Under the pieces are notes generated by a model that had not been told where the DNA came from, made no database searches, and saw nothing but the letters and a program-made list of their open reading frames with translations. The position numbers were made by a program, and so were the translations under genes. Positions 36,693 through 50,784 of a stretch of 64,000 bases of DNA are shown in pieces. Every line of letters begins with the position of its first letter. Positions within the stretch are counted from its first letter, which is position 1. Location: the NCBI GenBank assembly GCA_028534125.1, contig CM052816.1, positions 17,982,001 through 18,046,000 on the forward strand, given 5' to 3'. Source of the stretch: Lama glama. Taxonomy: Eukaryota.

Positions 36693-38289
36693 GTGACTGA
36701 GCTAGAACTAAAACTTAGATCTAATTTGAGGCAATGATCTTCACACTACATCCAACTAGCTACCTCTGGAATTCCTTTGCCCTAGTGTTTTTCCCGTGAT
36801 GCCTCACACCTGACGGGTCCTTTCTATGGGCAAGATGACTCTGGCAAACTTTAAAGTTATTCTGGCAGCTTCTCTTAAAAGTGGACTGGTGGTTGATTTT
36901 TATGGAAGAATGGCTGAAGAGTCAATTCAGAGATGTAATTAGTGGGTTTAGGTTTAAAAAAGAATTACGTTTTGAGAAACCAAATATTCAGAGAATAGAG
37001 TTTGGTTTAGTCAACACAGAGTTACTACCCTCGCAGCAGTGGCCTCTTCATCCACAATCATTTCCCTCCACCCAGCATCCAAGCCCCACTGGCGAGAAGA
37101 GTGCTTACCCTGCAAAATATCCCCTCCCTTGCAGGGCCAGAGCAATGCTGCCTCCCAATTGCTTGTTTGATGTTAACATTATTCTGAGAATTACATCTCG
37201 TCCAACATGATATTTTAATGAGCCTTTGTCTGTTCTAGTTAAGTCAGTTGATGCTGAACTAACAAAACACAGGAATGGGGAGAGATGGTCCTCAGTGATG
37301 TTGGCTGTTTCTGCAATTCCACAGATTAGAATAACAGTTCCCTTAGCCTTGCTGCTCACCCCAGCAGTGACAAGTTGCACATTTTGAGAATACCTCTGAG
37401 AATGTTCTTTTCTAAGTGCAATTCCTCCTTCTTGTGATTTGGAAGGTGGAGGGAGGCAGGGTGTCCACGAAGGCTCCTTGTCCAGGACCTGCATGAATCA
37501 GCCACGTTACAGAACAGGAGGAAATGGGCTGCCAGAAGAGACAAGCTGGGTAGGACATGCATCAGGGTTCTGGGTCCGCTAGAGAAGAACAGCAGGAGGC
37601 TGATGGAGAGAAGCCAACCTGGCATTTCCTGGACCTGGATGCAGGGAGGCAGCCTTAGGACAAGGAAAAGCATTGTCAGCTAGTGGTTAAAAGTCAACTA
37701 AGGAGGTTCGTATATTCAATCTGCTAACCTTCTCTTCTTTCCACCCTCCTCTTGGCCTTGATGACACCCTTATTTCTTCTAGGTGACTGGTCTCTTTCCT
37801 AGGTGACTTAATCTCCATTCTGATCTGATTTCTTTCGCAGTTCTTGGCCTCTGGGTGATATTTCTTCATGCGTAGGTCTTGGCAGCTCTGTTATGAGACT
37901 CATCAACCACTTACATTTTACTGTGCATGTCAGATCCTTGAAAGTAAGCTTTGCTAAGCAAAAAGTTGGAAATTACAAATGGAAAAGAAAGAGTATGACC
38001 TTTGGCCCCCAAAAGAAAACTTTTTGACACAGAGAACCAAATACTGGTTTTAACAATATTGTTTGGGGCCAGGAGCCCTTCAGTAGACATGTAGAAGGAA
38101 AGAAAAAAAGAGAAGAACGAAGAGAAGAGAAAGAGGCAAGGGGGACAGAAAGCAGGGTAGTCCAGAACATCATCAATGTTTTTCAAGCTGACTGGAAAGC
38201 CTGGGCCCTCTGAATAGCTCTGGCGGCATCTAAGCAGAGTTACCAAGAAGGTCAGCAAGTTCGTGTGTAACAAGCACGTTACAAGAGAT

Positions 38290-38490
38290 AATTAGTCCAA
38301 TGATTTAGACTGTGGGTTCCAGGGTCAGAGAGACTTTGGCTTGAATCTCTGCTTTTCCCCATTACAAATGTGTAAACTGGGGAAGATTTTGAACTTTGCA
38401 GAGGTCTGCTTCATCCTTTGGAAAATGGGGAAAATAACAGACTGTGAGGAGAGATTAAATGAATGCCTAATACGTGGAAAGAGTGCCAAG
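38290..38490 (+). mobile_element. MIR SINE
   Basis: ttgaatctctgctt...tgcttcatcctttggaaaatgggg...gagattaaatg. Confidence 0.7.
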
Positions 38491-39469
38491 TATGGCACTA
38501 GGGGAAATGCCAAGTCCATGGGGTTTTACACTATTTGTACCCAGCAGTGTGCACCAGGGCTGGGAGGGTTTTGGGTGACCCCTGCCCCTACCCAGAAGTA
38601 CTTGCTTCCCTTAGAAGGACCCGGCACAGGATCAAAGCACAGGCTTAAAGGCATGGCTGATTAGTTTCTGTTTCTGAGGCCCTGCTTCCTTCATCCTGAG
38701 GATTTACAAGCTGCCTTCGTTCCCTTCCTTTTGGCCCTTCCCACCTACATACACTGGCAGAAGCAAACGCCTGTGCTGTGGGCAGGCACGTGGCAGGAAA
38801 ATGAGATTTCCTGATGCTCTTGAACTTCTTGCCCAGTAGCTCCAGTGATCCTGGCCATTGCCAACTGAGTCTCTCTCCTGACTCGCCGGCTTCTCCCGGG
38901 CTTGTTATTCTCATTCTTTTGTAGTCTTGTCTTCTGCCGCCCAGCACTGATGCTCCACAAACGCAGTTGGGGATTTGAGATGACAAGCCAGGTGAGGCTG
39001 AGGGGATCATGTTTGTTTGAGCTAATATTGTGCTGGCAGGTCAGAGACTCAGGGGGTGGACAAAGGAGTGATTTGAAAAGCGGCAGCCTTCCTCTTTTTC
39101 TAAAACTACTTGCATTTCTTAAGCCAGGCCTCTGAGGGCCTGGGAACAGCCTCCTTTACAGACCCCATCAGTGATTCACAAGGGCACCTGTCCTAGATTT
39201 GCTTGGCTCTGTAGCTGAAAAGGGTAGCGGGCAGAAAACTAACTTTGGAACAGTTAGAGGGTTTACCTCCTGACACCAGCATACATTTTCTCTTCTAGCT
39301 GAGGACCAATTATATAAAGAACCATATGGAAAAACTCCACTGGGAAAGAAAGAAAGAATGTCTAAGTTTAGATCCAGCCAGCCAGGAGGGGCCAGTGGCA
39401 TCCAGGGATGAAGTGAGTATTGGCCTGATAAGGAGACGACTTGAGGAAAGGGGAGTGACATGGGGCTTG

Positions 39470-39610
39470 ACATTTCAGGACACCTGAGGTCCAGTCTAGC
39501 TTTGTCCTAGATCACTTTGTGACCCTGGATAAGTAGGTCACACGACCTCACCGGGCCTCAGTTTCTTCATCTGTGAAGAAGAGGACTGGATTTAACAGTC
39601 TAGGTCCCTA
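39470..39610 (+). mobile_element. MIR/MIR3 fragment
   Basis: tgtgaccctggataagt...gggcctcagtttcttcatctgtgaa. Confidence 0.7.
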
Positions 39611-40282
39611 TAGTGTAAACACACTCAAGGCAAAGGTAACGATGCAGCTGGCCAGAGACAGATAGGTGAAAAGGGAATCTGTATTCACAGGGACCTTGTT
39701 TTAGATAGAATATCACTGAAATTCTGTGCATTAATAACCCGATTAATCATAAACTTAGAGGGCTCAGTTCTAAAAACCAACTCCTCCACTCAGAACTGTT
39801 ACCATTTGGTAATAGGCATGTGTCTTTTCAAGTGGGGGATACACAGAAGCCGCACTATTAAGAGCTCAACTCTTAGGGGCAGAAGGAAGAGCAGGAGCGT
39901 GCGCACGCACATGCACAAAAACCACCCGCACCCATAAGTATTAATCCAAAGATGGACTACTTTCATCAAACAAAAATGTCTTAGTCAGAGACTACTGATA
40001 GCAAAGAACAGCTCCCCAACTAAATTAGGACCCCTTTAAGGGCATTCATACTAAGGAGGTAATCTCCCAGGTGCCCATTGGCAAGTCGCTGTCTATAGCT
40101 GTGGAGTCTGTGCATTTGGGTATCTGGAATTTTTTTTCCTTATTCCTCACACTCCATGAACTCTCACCCAGCCTGGCTGCCTATGCTTGCTGCTCAGGTC
40201 TGCTCTTTCAAAATACTATCTAGGATGGAGGGAATTCCCAGAGAATAGGGCTGCAGGCAGAAGCACACAATTCAAGAAAGCT

Positions 40283-40594
40283 TACAAACAAATTAACAGA
40301 CATAGTAAACAAACTTATGGCTAAGGGTGGTATGGGAAGGGATTAATTGGGAGTTTGAGATTTGCAGATACTAACTAATATATATAAAACAGATAAATAA
40401 TAAATCCATACTGTATAGCATAAGTAACTATATTCAATATCTTGTAATAACTTTTGGTGAAAAAATATGAAAATGAATATATGTATGTTTATGTATGACT
40501 GAAGCATTGTGCTGTACACCAGAAACTGACACATTGCGAACGGACTATACTTCAATAAAAATATATATACATTGAAAAATACGAACAAACAAAT
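40283..40594 (+). mobile_element. 5'-truncated L1 3'UTR (similar to 1-498); may extend to 40705 as a transduction
   Basis: cagacatagtaaacaaacttatgg...gggagtttgagatttgcagat...gactatacttcaataaaa followed by a degraded A-rich tail. Confidence 0.92.
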
Positions 40595-41974
40595 CTCATC
40601 AGAGTGGGTTAAGCCCTTGTGAGAGAATAAAGGGCTATTTTCTAGACAGAACATAAATCATGGAACCTAAAAATAAACAAACAAACAAACAAATAAATAA
40701 GGAAAAAGAAAGCTATTGGAAAAAATACAGCATGCACAAGAGAAAAACTTGGAACCACTTTTTTGCTTCCCTACCTTCTGGTCTACCCATCCTCTCCAAA
40801 GGGGAAACTACTGATGGGCAAGGCAACAATCCTGTAAGAATGGAGTAATAATGAGCCTAAGACTTCCTTCCTATTGAGTCTCTAGCTCTCCAATCTTATT
40901 TCTCAAATAGGACAAAAACCACATACCAAATCCCAACGGACATTCCAGAGATAGAGATATTCAAACTTTTTGTCTTTTTTTTCATCTTCCGAAGCCATGT
41001 ATCATTTTCAAGTAAAGAACCACCCCTGTATTTCCATGTGGAAAAAAAAACATTATCAATTAAATAAACTTCTTTAGATTGCCTACTACATCCTGGCAAT
41101 GCCTGACACTGGAGAATGAGACAATTAACAGGCTCCTGTGGACTGGTGAGACAGACAGGGTGCACAGGGAATTCTAGCTCAATCAGCAATCATGATAATA
41201 CACATGTGCCTGGTGATTTCGTCTCGTTCCTCACAGGGCTTTCAAAAAGCCCATGGTTGCACTGCCTGCTAGAAATACATTCAAACGTGACCACAGGCAG
41301 GCTTGGAGATTAAGACGAAGACAAGAGAGCTCATTTTCCCCAGTTTTCTGCACAAGTTCCATCTGTCCTTACCACATGGCAGTCTTCCTCCCAATACCCA
41401 CGTACGGCTTTATCCCTCTCTGAAAACTTACCTGGAGCGATAACTTATCTGCTGAAGGCTTCTATGTTATAACAAATATAATTTCACTGGAATGGATAAC
41501 CTCTCAGATCCATTCCACCTCTGAGATACAGGGTTTCTTTGGTCATAATGCATTATCTGTGTTTACAGGAGAGCGCATTCCCACTATCCTTTATCTAGGT
41601 TTTGGAACTGAAATTCCACATTATCTTTGTTTGCTTTTTTTTTCTTTTTCTTTAATAAAAATTGAGGTGCCAGTATTCACCTCAATAAACTGTAAAACAA
41701 ACAAGTAAAAAAGCTTCTCTGAGATGTCACATATCAGAGGCAGGGAGAGGACACCAGGTGATGCCCTGCTCATTAAAAGTCAGAGAAAACAATGCTGAGT
41801 GTAATCCCTTTGAGGAGTGCTTGAGAAACTGCTCCACCCTTTGTCACCTGAAGATTTCTCATTCTCCTCTAATCAGGCATGTAATATCGAGAATGTGAAT
41901 TTATTGATCATTTTATTTATTAATTAGCAATGTATTAATCTATTTCAACGTTGCCTTGTACAAAGGAGTTTATT

Positions 41975-42215
41975 TACCCTCCACCAAGTATTTACTGAGT
42001 TCCTGCTGTGTGTCAAGCAGAGTGTGGGGCCTTGGGGCTAGTGTGTAGTTAGTCCCCAAACTGTAACACACCACATATAACACACTGTCCCTCTTTTCTG
42101 GAAGCTAGTGGAAAAAAAGAGGGTTTGAATCAACAATGATCAATTATGATATAGATGAGGGAAGTGCAGTACGGGGCACTATGAGAACACAGAGCAGGGG
42201 AAGCAGCTTAGAACC
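41975..42215 (-). mobile_element. L2 3' fragment
   Basis: ccaagtatttactgagttcctgctgtgtgtcaagca...gcactatgagaacacagagcagggg. Confidence 0.65.
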
Positions 42216-42329
42216 TAACTAAGATGTAGTTCTGTAAGTGGTGTGCATGCACGTGTGTGTGTGTGTGAGAGAGAGAAGAGGTTAGGGAGAAATGGGGGAA
42301 TTGCTCGCTTTGAGAGAGAAAGAGGGAAA

Positions 42330-43760
42330 TGGGCCACTGTGATGACCATCCTTCCAGTCATGGTTCCATGAAAAACAAGTAGTTCTGTTTTCCCTTTACA
42401 TAATGGGAATCATGTTCTATGAGTTGTTTACTGACTGGCCTTTCTCATTGACAAAGAAAAATGCCTTGGAAAAAATTTGTGTCAGTAAGTATAAATTTAC
42501 CACATTCTTTCTAATAACTATAGTTTATGTGTATCAACAGTTTAACTCTTCCTCTAACAATGGGCATTTTTCCCAATGTTTTCACATGAATCTTGAAGAA
42601 AATGTGTCTTTCTTTAGAATAAATTTTGAGATGCAGAATTTCCAGATTAAGGGGTATGCACATTTAAAATGTTAATAATACTGCCAGGTTGCCCCTGCAA
42701 AGGCTCAGATTTGAATACTCCAAGCAAGAGAGGATGAGAGTATCTGTTTCCTTAACAACACAGAATATCATCAATCTGTTTACTCCCAATCTAATGGATA
42801 AGAAATGTTAGCTAATTGTGATTTAATTTTCATTTCCCTGATTACTAGTCAATGTGAACAATTTTTCCTATGTTTATAATCTGCTGGTATTTCTTCTTAA
42901 TTGCCTATCTTTATTCTTTTTCAAGTTTTCATTTTTTGGCATTTATTGGTACTTTTTATGTATTCTGAATATTAATCCTGCTTGTAATTTGTGTCATGAA
43001 CATTTTCTCCTAGTCTGTTGCTTATTTGTTTTTCAAAATTTTATTACAAAAATTTTCAAACATTCAGCAAGTTGAAACAATGTTACTTATTTTCAACTTC
43101 CCTTACGATGTTTTTCTATATACAGAGTTGAAGCTTATTTCACCCATCTGTTGACTTTTCTTTTAACTTGTGGTATTTTGCATCCTATCTAGATCTAACT
43201 TACTCTACGGTTATCAAAATGTTCTCATTCATTTTAACCTAATATTATCATTGTTTTGAATACAGAGCTTTTTACCTCATCTTAGTTGTATTTTGGCAGT
43301 GGGGGTGGAGACTTGGGGAAGGTCTAGCTTCACTCAATTAATGATTTTGGGACAACCAGCTCTCAGTTTGAGAGGAAACAGTTCATTCTCTTTCTATCCC
43401 TGTGAAATTCCATCTTTCCCACAAGCCAAATTCCTGTATGTACATGGAACCATTTCTATATTTTGTTTTATTCCGGTGATCTACTCATTAATTTCCCTGT
43501 TGTAATTACTCTGTCTTTATGGTATATTTTGATATGTTAGGTCAAGCACATCCCTCACTGTTTTCTTTCGATTGTTCTTTATTTTTTTTTTTCTAAAACA
43601 GCTTCTCTTCCATGTAAACTTTATAAACAGTTTGACAGCTTCTATGAAATATCTTGTTGGCATTTTGATTTGGAATTCACTGATTTTTTTGAAGAAGTTA
43701 TGGAGTGTTGACACCTTAGCAACCCTGGATCTTTCTATCCAGGGTTACTATGTGTCTTAG
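42330..43760 (-). mobile_element. Ancient L1ME-like fragment
   Basis: aatgggaatcatgttctat; tttaattttcatttccctgattactag; gttggcattttgatttggaatt are antisense L1M motifs. Confidence 0.75.
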
Positions 43761-44914
43761 TCTTGTCTCTTTAACCCCGAGAAGGAGGCAGCTCTGGTTC
43801 TCTAAGGGGAATATGCTTAGTCTGCACCTTGGGTGACTGCCTTGTCCCCCAAGACTCAGAATTCTTCTGCTCTCTAAAGTAGAGAAAGAGGAACATCTTC
43901 CAGCCTGATGGAAGTCATCCCCTCTCCCTGGGGAAGAGACAGCAAAGAGTTACCCACTTAGACTGAAGCCAGGGTGGCAAAACACCTCCTGTGCACGTCT
44001 CTGGAGCTCATCCAAGGTGGCAGGGGCTGCTGGAGACGCTACACTTTAGTCTCTCCATGTCTGACAACTTGAGAGGATGACCACTGCTTCACAGATTCAC
44101 TAAGGAGAGCGGTACCCTGTGGATGTTTAACTCAATTCGTAATAAAATGCTTGCACTTCCCTCCCTATTTGCCAGTTTGATCTTGGCCTAGTTCCTTTGG
44201 CTGTTTATCTGTTTATGAGGAAGGAGGGTTTGCAGGAATTTGTAAGAACTTGCTCTCTCCCATAAACTGTTCTCTGGCCCCTTCTGAGATGCTCATAGAA
44301 TCTCTTTCCTCAGCCAACTCTCTTCTCTTATATGTATCAGGTCTTCATAACACCCTACCTCTGTCCACTTCAGTCTAACAATATAACAGAATATGAGGGT
44401 GGGTGTGTGAATGTGTTATATAATTTTTTAACTGGCTAAATTTTAGAAGCATATGTGGAATACTATAACTAAGAACACAGATTTACAATTTTTCTATAAT
44501 AAGGCAGTGCAGCCTAGTTGAACAAAACTACTCATCTATGCATAAAATAAAGAAGATAAAGTCCATAGCCAGAAAGACAGGAATCCTGGTCTGTCATGCA
44601 GTATTTTGACCCAGAGTTCCTCAAGTCACTGGACTGACTCATGTAAGAGTCGATGCAAAGACTCCAGATAAAGGATCAATTCAGTTTAAACCATTGAACA
44701 ATGATTTTGAGTTAGCTCCAGATCATCCCAATTTTATTTCAAGGAGTGAGTAATAAAATCACATATATCAGGGTAAGGAATCAGACCTCACATGAAGATA
44801 TGGCTTTAGATTAATGGCCCTTAAAATTGGGTGGGAGTCAGATTCCACATAGCACCTTAGATGAATACAACTTATGGAACCAGACAGAACCTGTTGCGCT
44901 CACCAGGAGGAGAA

Positions 44915-45180
44915 ACCAGATGATGTACAACATAGTAGTTAGGAACAAGGACCCTGAGATGGACTGCTGAGTTCATGCCCTGGGTCCACCCTTTACAAGC
45001 TGAGTTCATCGGGGCAAATTAATTAAACTCCCATGGTCTCAGTTTCCTCATCTGTAAAATGGAATTAATCATTGTACCTATCTCACAGAGGTTTTGTGAA
45101 GATTAACATAATCTATGCAGAATGCTTAGAATGGTACTACCTTATTCACAGCAAGAACTCAGGTTAGTGGTTATTATTCC
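44915..45180 (+). mobile_element. Near full-length MIR
   Basis: catagtagttaggaac...tctcagtttcctcatctgtaaaatgg...gtacctatctcacagaggttttgtgaagattaa. Confidence 0.9.
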
Positions 45181-47589
45181 ATAGTTAATGTTAGCTATTC
45201 TTCTTCCACAATTATCACTTCTGGACAGGTCACAAGACTCGAGTTGGACTCCCAGAATGTAATGGTGCCTGGTTTTTTGTTAAGACTGTATTGTGATCCC
45301 AGTAGGTGTTAGGATCCCCTTAAATACTCCTGTACAATACACACTGCACACTGCCCCCACAGATCACAGGTAGTGACTGGTTTACGGCACTGAGAGGACA
45401 GATTAAACCAAATACAACTGGAGATTCTCTGCGAATGAGCCCCACAAATATCACATCCACATTTGCTCACTTGGAATGGCAGGGAGCCTGCGATGAGAGG
45501 GAAAGGATGCTGCACAGTTTTCTAAGCTGTGGGAGCCTTCAGATCAGGTGAACTAGGAGGCAGTTTATTACAGTGTTGCCAGAATCTTTATCTGGCTGGC
45601 TGTCTCAGCTAGGGTATCACCGCTCTCAAAATCCCTTTGTCACATTTTCCATTTCAATAATGAATTGCTAATTTCTCTGCTCTCTCAGGCTAAAGTCCTG
45701 TATAATTTTCTCATTCTCTAATTGCTCTTCTCATTTGACCCTGTAAAATAATTGGAAAGTTGCCACTGTGCTACCAGAATTTGAAGTGAGGCAAGATTCT
45801 TTCATTATAGAATTCATTCCAGTCAGCCAGATGGTGTGGTGTGGCCATATGAAAGTGCGCTCAATGAGTTATAGGAATCCCTGGGATTCAACATGGGACA
45901 TCTCAGCTACAAAGCTGGCGACATGCTCTCCAACTCAAAAGGCTGCCTTGACTGCTGGTCACAGGGACGCACACAGAGGATTTCACTGCCTAATGGCCAC
46001 TTAAATCCCAATTTGCATGGACCTTACGTTACCCTCAGTTTTGGTTCTGCTGATGGCTCCCCTGGAATGACTTGACCTCATCTCCTTTCTGCTTTCCCGT
46101 TTCCTCAACTACCCTTTTACTCTTTTCCAAATGCTACCTCAGGAATAATAAGCCTTGCTATCTATCTTTATTTTTTCCATTACTTTCAAAGTTATCTTTT
46201 ATTGATGCGAATACTGTCAAACTCTTATCATCAATATAAAAATATTTTAAAGTATAACGGAATTTTACCTACACAGTATATTGGAAAATGCGGAGCAAAC
46301 CAGGGAGAACATTTTAATCCCTGTTCAAATAGTATTAATTAACTAATCCATAGTCAGATATAGAGCAAGAAAATGAGGCAGCTATGGCATGGATTATACA
46401 CAATAAACACCTCTGAGAAAAACAAAACCAAGCCCAAAGTCCCTTATCAGGTAACAATTTGTTGATTGGAATTGGAAATACCTCACTTTACAATTTAACT
46501 GTAGAAATAATCAAGAATGTAATGTGCAAAGTATCATTAAAATCATTTGTCCATCATTGCAAACTCACATACTGATTGAACAGAAAATTCATTTTTTCAA
46601 CGTATTTCTGGCATTATTTGACAGCATCTCATTATAAGGTATATATCTACACAGATTGAAAATACTCTGTTCAGGAATAATACACATTAGTATGTGAAAT
46701 CTTCAAGGGATATTCAATCTTTAAGATATTTTCTTAACCCCCAATTATACCTAAAATTTAGGTTAGTGTTTTACACAAAATCGACTAATTTCACTTCTAA
46801 AACCATTTGTCTGTCCTTTTTGCTATCAATGCAAGAGAAAAAAACAAATACTGGGAAGGAAAAAAAAAGGACATGGAAACAGATGAACTAGACAATCAGC
46901 TTCTGAAAAGTTGATTCTAATTGACATCTTTAGACTCTAATGGTTCACAGCTGGAAAAGAACATTGGCACACCTTGAAGTAGCCCCATCTTTCCACCTTG
47001 GCACATATTCAAACTACAAGGAAATGGTACTTTTCCATTTAGCTTTTCACACAAGTGATACCTTTACATTGTTGAGTAATTATATACATTTCTCTAGGAC
47101 AATAAAAAATTGGAGTTTTCAATTTTGATTACTTGCTCAAGATGTAAAAATTCTTTCTTCTTTACCATTTTTTTCCATAGCCCCTTAGCTTCTCTGATTA
47201 CAGACTTGTTTTTGTTTTCCACAGGAGTATGCATTTTCTATAACTCATACCACAACCATTTCACTTTCTCACTCTATACCTGGTTATAAAGTAGCCAATG
47301 ATATTTACGCAAAGTTACAAGTGCCTTTCTAATTTTCCAGTTCACTTTCACCTTAGATTTGTATTATTTTTCATGATTAAGAATAAAAAAAATTACTGAA
47401 TACTGAGCTGAATTTTTAATATTGCAACATAGTTAGCAATATTTCAGTGTATTATTCACTAACCTAAGAGAAACAGACATTTATTAAGACATGTTTTTTT
47501 CCCTTATAAAAGTATATTTGTAAGGCAGAAAGACATTTTACTTGGCAGCTTGTTGGCTTGGTTCATAAATTTTAAATAAATTGGATAAA

Positions 47590-47720
47590 AATAAATAAAC
47601 TTAAAAAAAGTTCACCCATTTCTTCCACCCCTCAGCACTCGTCTCTGGCAACCACCAATCTATTCTTTGTATCTATGAGCTTGATTTCATTCATTCATTC
47701 ACATACAGATTTCTTATACA
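47590..47720 (-). mobile_element. L1MA-like 3'UTR fragment
   Basis: ctctggcaaccaccaatctattctttgtatctatgagctt. Confidence 0.65.
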
Positions 47721-47799
47721 AGAAAGATTATATTGTTATCTTTTGGGGGTGCTCACTCTAAACACCACATAGATATAAACTCACTGGTGGTGCAGAGGG

Positions 47800-48090
47800 G
47801 AGCACCACCCTCTATTTCCTGATGTATCTAGAACAGGCCTGGCACAACGCACGTGATCAATAAAACACCTGAATTATGAACGAACGAATGAATGACGCTA
47901 AGTACTTTACATGGACTATCTATCTTGCTGACTCCTACAGGAGTCCCATAAGGTACTCTTATCATCCCCATGTTATACAAGGAAAACAAGGCTTAGCTAA
48001 ATTAACTTACTGACAATCAAACGGCCAGCAAATAGAGCCAACGGCTCTGAAACCAAGCTGTCTGATTCCAGAACCCAAGCTCTGTGCCTC
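47800..48090. mobile_element. L2 3' tail (+) followed by MIR (-)
   Basis: tagaacaggcctggcac...gaatgaatga, then atccccatgttatacaaggaaaacaaggctt...tctgattccagaaccc. Confidence 0.6.
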
Positions 48091-49706
48091 TCCAACTATG
48101 CAGTCAGTCTCCGAGCCCTGTCCACACGGTTTTGAGCTTCTCACATCTGTGCTAACCTGTCGCACAGGATTTATCAGGCCAAATTTCAGCGGACTGCTTG
48201 CGTGTGTAACTCAAATCACAGTGACATGCATTCCAGCAGCTCTTCTATCAGGAAATGGCCCCTTCCACCTGTCCCCTGGCTGATGTCCCGAGGGGCCCCT
48301 CACAGGGCCTCAAGTCTGAGCACACAGGGCCTTCGTTTCTCTTACCCCTGCTTCCATCACCACTGGCCTCAGAGGACTCTCAGCCCCAGTCCTGTCTACC
48401 TCTCCATGAGAGGGGACCTGCCCTCCCCTCCACTGCCTGCAGGAGGGCATGGGCCAGGTGTAACTCTGAAATTTTACCAAAGTTTCAAGAACTATGACAG
48501 AGATGTGTAACACAAAGGAACAACATTCAACTGCTGGCAGCAAGCTCCATCTTTGGGGTTTCTCATCCCACTGTCTCTTTAACTCTTAAGTGAGTGGCTT
48601 CCTTTTGGCAGGTTAAGCTCATCTCCCCCCTACCTGCCCCTAAATCAGGACCTCCCCATGTCTCAGAGTTGGGGTCAGATGGACCCTGGGAGGGGGGAAG
48701 GCTGTGCCTTACCTCAATCTACAGTCTGCCAGCCCAGTCACCTCCTGTCCCAGATGACGAGTGGTACTTGTTTTCTATCCATTCAGGATTCCCTCCATCA
48801 CTAGTCCGACCCTAAGGGCCTAACACCATACCAGAGACCAACATCCATACATTCCAGAGTTTGGGTTATTCGGTCTCAAGACAAACAGTCCAGTCCAGGC
48901 AGGGCCCTGAACCCAGGTCAACACTTTCCAGCCCATCCCCTCCAGCTTGAATCTCCTCGCTGCCCACTTAAGTCTCTCAGACAAGCTCCAAGACCCTTGA
49001 GGGCAGAGCTCCCCTCTCCCATATGCCTTGCCCCACTCCCAGCACACAGATCTCTGGAGACACTGGTTGTGGGAGCTGAAAATGCACTGTCTCACTACTG
49101 TCTCTGAGCCCCGGACAAACATTAGCTTTCTGCAGCAGAACACATATGGACTCAGCAGCCTGGAGCTAAAGGAATCAATCTGAACATTTAAAGCCCTGGA
49201 GAGAAAAAGGCTCTACTTCATGTTGCCCTGAGGGGAGGTGCCAGGTATACCCTCGGATTCTGGACACGACACAGAGGACAAGATGTGGAAAAGACAAGGT
49301 TGACAGAGCTCAGTTATACTGTTCTCTTTCCAGTCTGTGCTGACAAGACAAATAATGGCTCTCAGACAGCATTACCCAAGGATGTGACAGAAGCAGACTC
49401 AGGTAAACAGACAGGTTCAGGCTGAAACTCTGATTTCTCTGCCAGTTAGTTCATTTGAGGATACCAAGGGACCTGCTCTGATTTGTGCAAAGGGAAAAGG
49501 CCAGTGTGGTCAACATGCCCGCACTGCGTGTGAATTCTTTAATCCATCTGGCATGCACAGGCACTACCCAAAAAAATCACAAAGGAGAATGGAAAAGGTG
49601 TTTGCCCTTTGCAGGAAAATGGGTTAGAAAATTAACTATGGAGATGTGACCAACCTGAGAATCTTCTAGATATATTTATTCCATTGACTCAAGAGCCATT
49701 AGAGGG

Positions 49707-50120
49707 TGTTATGGGTTGAACTGTGTCCCACCTAAAAAATTCATATATTGAAAGCCAAACCCCTAGGACCTAAAACAGTGACCTTATTTTGAGAAAGGGT
49801 CTTTGCAGAAGTAATCCAATTAAATGAGGTCATGAGGGTGACTAATCCAATACGACCTGTGTCCTCATAAAAAGGGGAAATGTGGACCAGAGATACACAC
49901 AGAGGGAGGACGACGTGGAGAGATACAGAGAGAAGACGGCCATCTTCAAGCCAAGGAGAGAGGCCTGGACCAGGGCCTCCCTTCACAGCCCTCAGAAGGA
50001 GCAACCCTGCTGACACACTGATTTTGGACATCCAGCCCCAGAACTGTGAGACAGTCCATTTCTGCCATGTAAGCCATCCCACCTGTAGTGCTGTTACAGC
50101 AGCCCCAGCAAACTCACAGA
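49707..50120 (+). mobile_element. MLT1B-like MaLR solo LTR
   Basis: TGTTATGGGTTGAACTGTGTCCC...ccagaactgtgaga...cagcaaactcacaga, with 5-bp TSD GAGGG at 49702-49706 and 50121-50125. Confidence 0.92.
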
Positions 50121-50784
50121 GAGGGCATCTGGGCGCTGTCTGTTTACATCATTTACTGGCTACTAACCCAGACGGTGACTAGATGTCTACTTAAGGGCTA
50201 TGACTTTCTTATCACATCGCCAATAAGGGGCCTCTCCTGGCTCTCAGGGCCTAAGGACTGTTTACACTCAGTACATAAATGGAAAAGGCCAATAAACCAT
50301 GAACACACACTTCACAACTAATCACACCCAAAGACAGGCAGCCTTTTTCAGATTTCTCTTTTGCTCCCTCTCTGCTGGAAAACTCAACACAATCATTGCT
50401 GACCGGATGGGATGCCCAATTTTGGTACTGCCTCGGCTAACAAACATCACCCTCCACCTGGGTTCCTGCAGTCAAAGCCAATCAGATACCTGAGATAACC
50501 TGCTGCTTGTGGCCCCTGTGTTGACCACAAATGAAGGGCATGTTGCTGGTCGAAGGCTGTGCACCATACCAGCCTTCTGTCCCTCCAGGAGTACCCAGCT
50601 CTTCGATAAGACCCATCAATGCACTAATTTTTGTGAACTGAACTGAAGTTGAATTAGGAAAAGGGCTATCCAGACATATTTGCAGACAAAAGGGAAGAAA
50701 TCCTTGGAGAGAACGAAGCTGCAAAAGCAAGAGGGAGTATGGATATGATTAAGGGCACACAAGAAAAGGTTGTCCTGGAAAGGA

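Noticed and set aside
41432..41461. 30-nt minus-strand microexon (KPSADKLSLQ) with a perfect CAG|GTAAGT donor
   Set aside because: The acceptor has a poor polypyrimidine tract, it adjoins an L3/MIR3-like tail, and I found no partner exons.
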